64,000 nucleotides of DNA from the human T2T-CHM13v2.0 reference genome, Homo sapiens: assembly GCF_009914755.1 (NCBI RefSeq), contig NC_060926.1. One strand, given 5' to 3'. Below the pieces are notes generated by a model. The model was not told the DNA's origin, did not search any database, and saw only the letters and a list, made by a program, of their open reading frames with translations. Shown one piece after another: positions 63,575-64,000 of the stretch (position 1 is the stretch's first letter; every line of letters begins with the position of its first letter). The position numbers and the translations under genes were made by a program.

Positions 63575-64000
63575 AATATGATCTCATCCCTCCTGGAGCT
63601 TATATTCCAGAGGGCTAAATAACAATCATGTAAGCTGACAAATGAGTAAAATAATTGCCAAGTGTAGTAAAATAATTGACCTGTGAGAAATAAGCAAATA
63701 GATGAAGCAGAGAATAGCACAGGGGACCTAGATACTAAGAGCTGTTGGTAAAAGTGATATTTAAGCCAACTAAAAGGAAGAGAAGGAGCTGGCTGCTCAA
63801 AGATGCAGAACAAGAGCATCCCATGCAGAGGGGACAGATATGCAAAGACCTTGAGGTGTGAAAGGGCTCAAGGTGTTCAAGAAACTGAAAGATGACCAGT
63901 GGTGTTGAGCGTAGAAAGGGCAGAACTTAAAAGAATGAGGCTGTAAAGATAGGCTGAGCAGAGAGCACGCAGTGCTTTATAGAACATGATTAGAAATTTG
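63575..64000 (-). mobile_element. L2 fragment (continues from ~62520-62571)
   Basis: ccctcctggagcttatattccag, tgcaaagaccttgaggtg...gtgttcaagaaactgaaag. Confidence 0.7.

Overview
Primate (human/great-ape-like) genomic DNA, AT-rich and CpG-depleted, made almost entirely of transposable-element fossils; I find no supportable host protein-coding exon, RNA gene or CRISPR array, and every long ORF in the track derives from L1, ERV, MaLR or Alu. Two deeply nested insertion stacks dominate: (1) 12.6-18.8 kb, a two-LTR MLT1J-like MaLR provirus containing an MLT2 LTR and a full THE1 element, which in turn holds a 5'-inverted L1PA; (2) 26.4-55.8 kb, an L1MA2-like element split by ~25.5 kb containing a second old L1, a near full-length L1PB, a 3.15-kb L1PA2, an ERV1 provirus (env/integrase remnants, Alu inside), a full-length L1PA7 and Alus. 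I do not see a new biological system. The best leads are a consensus CTCF site directly followed by a higher-order tandem array carrying NR5A/ERR motifs in the ERV1 leader (40179-40450), a nested 92-bp hairpin (10190-10281), an L1-derived filler at the ERV internal deletion, three twin-primed L1 inversions and a very recent-looking 93-bp duplication. Repeat family names come from my recall of consensus sequences, not from a database search; boundaries of the oldest repeats are approximate.
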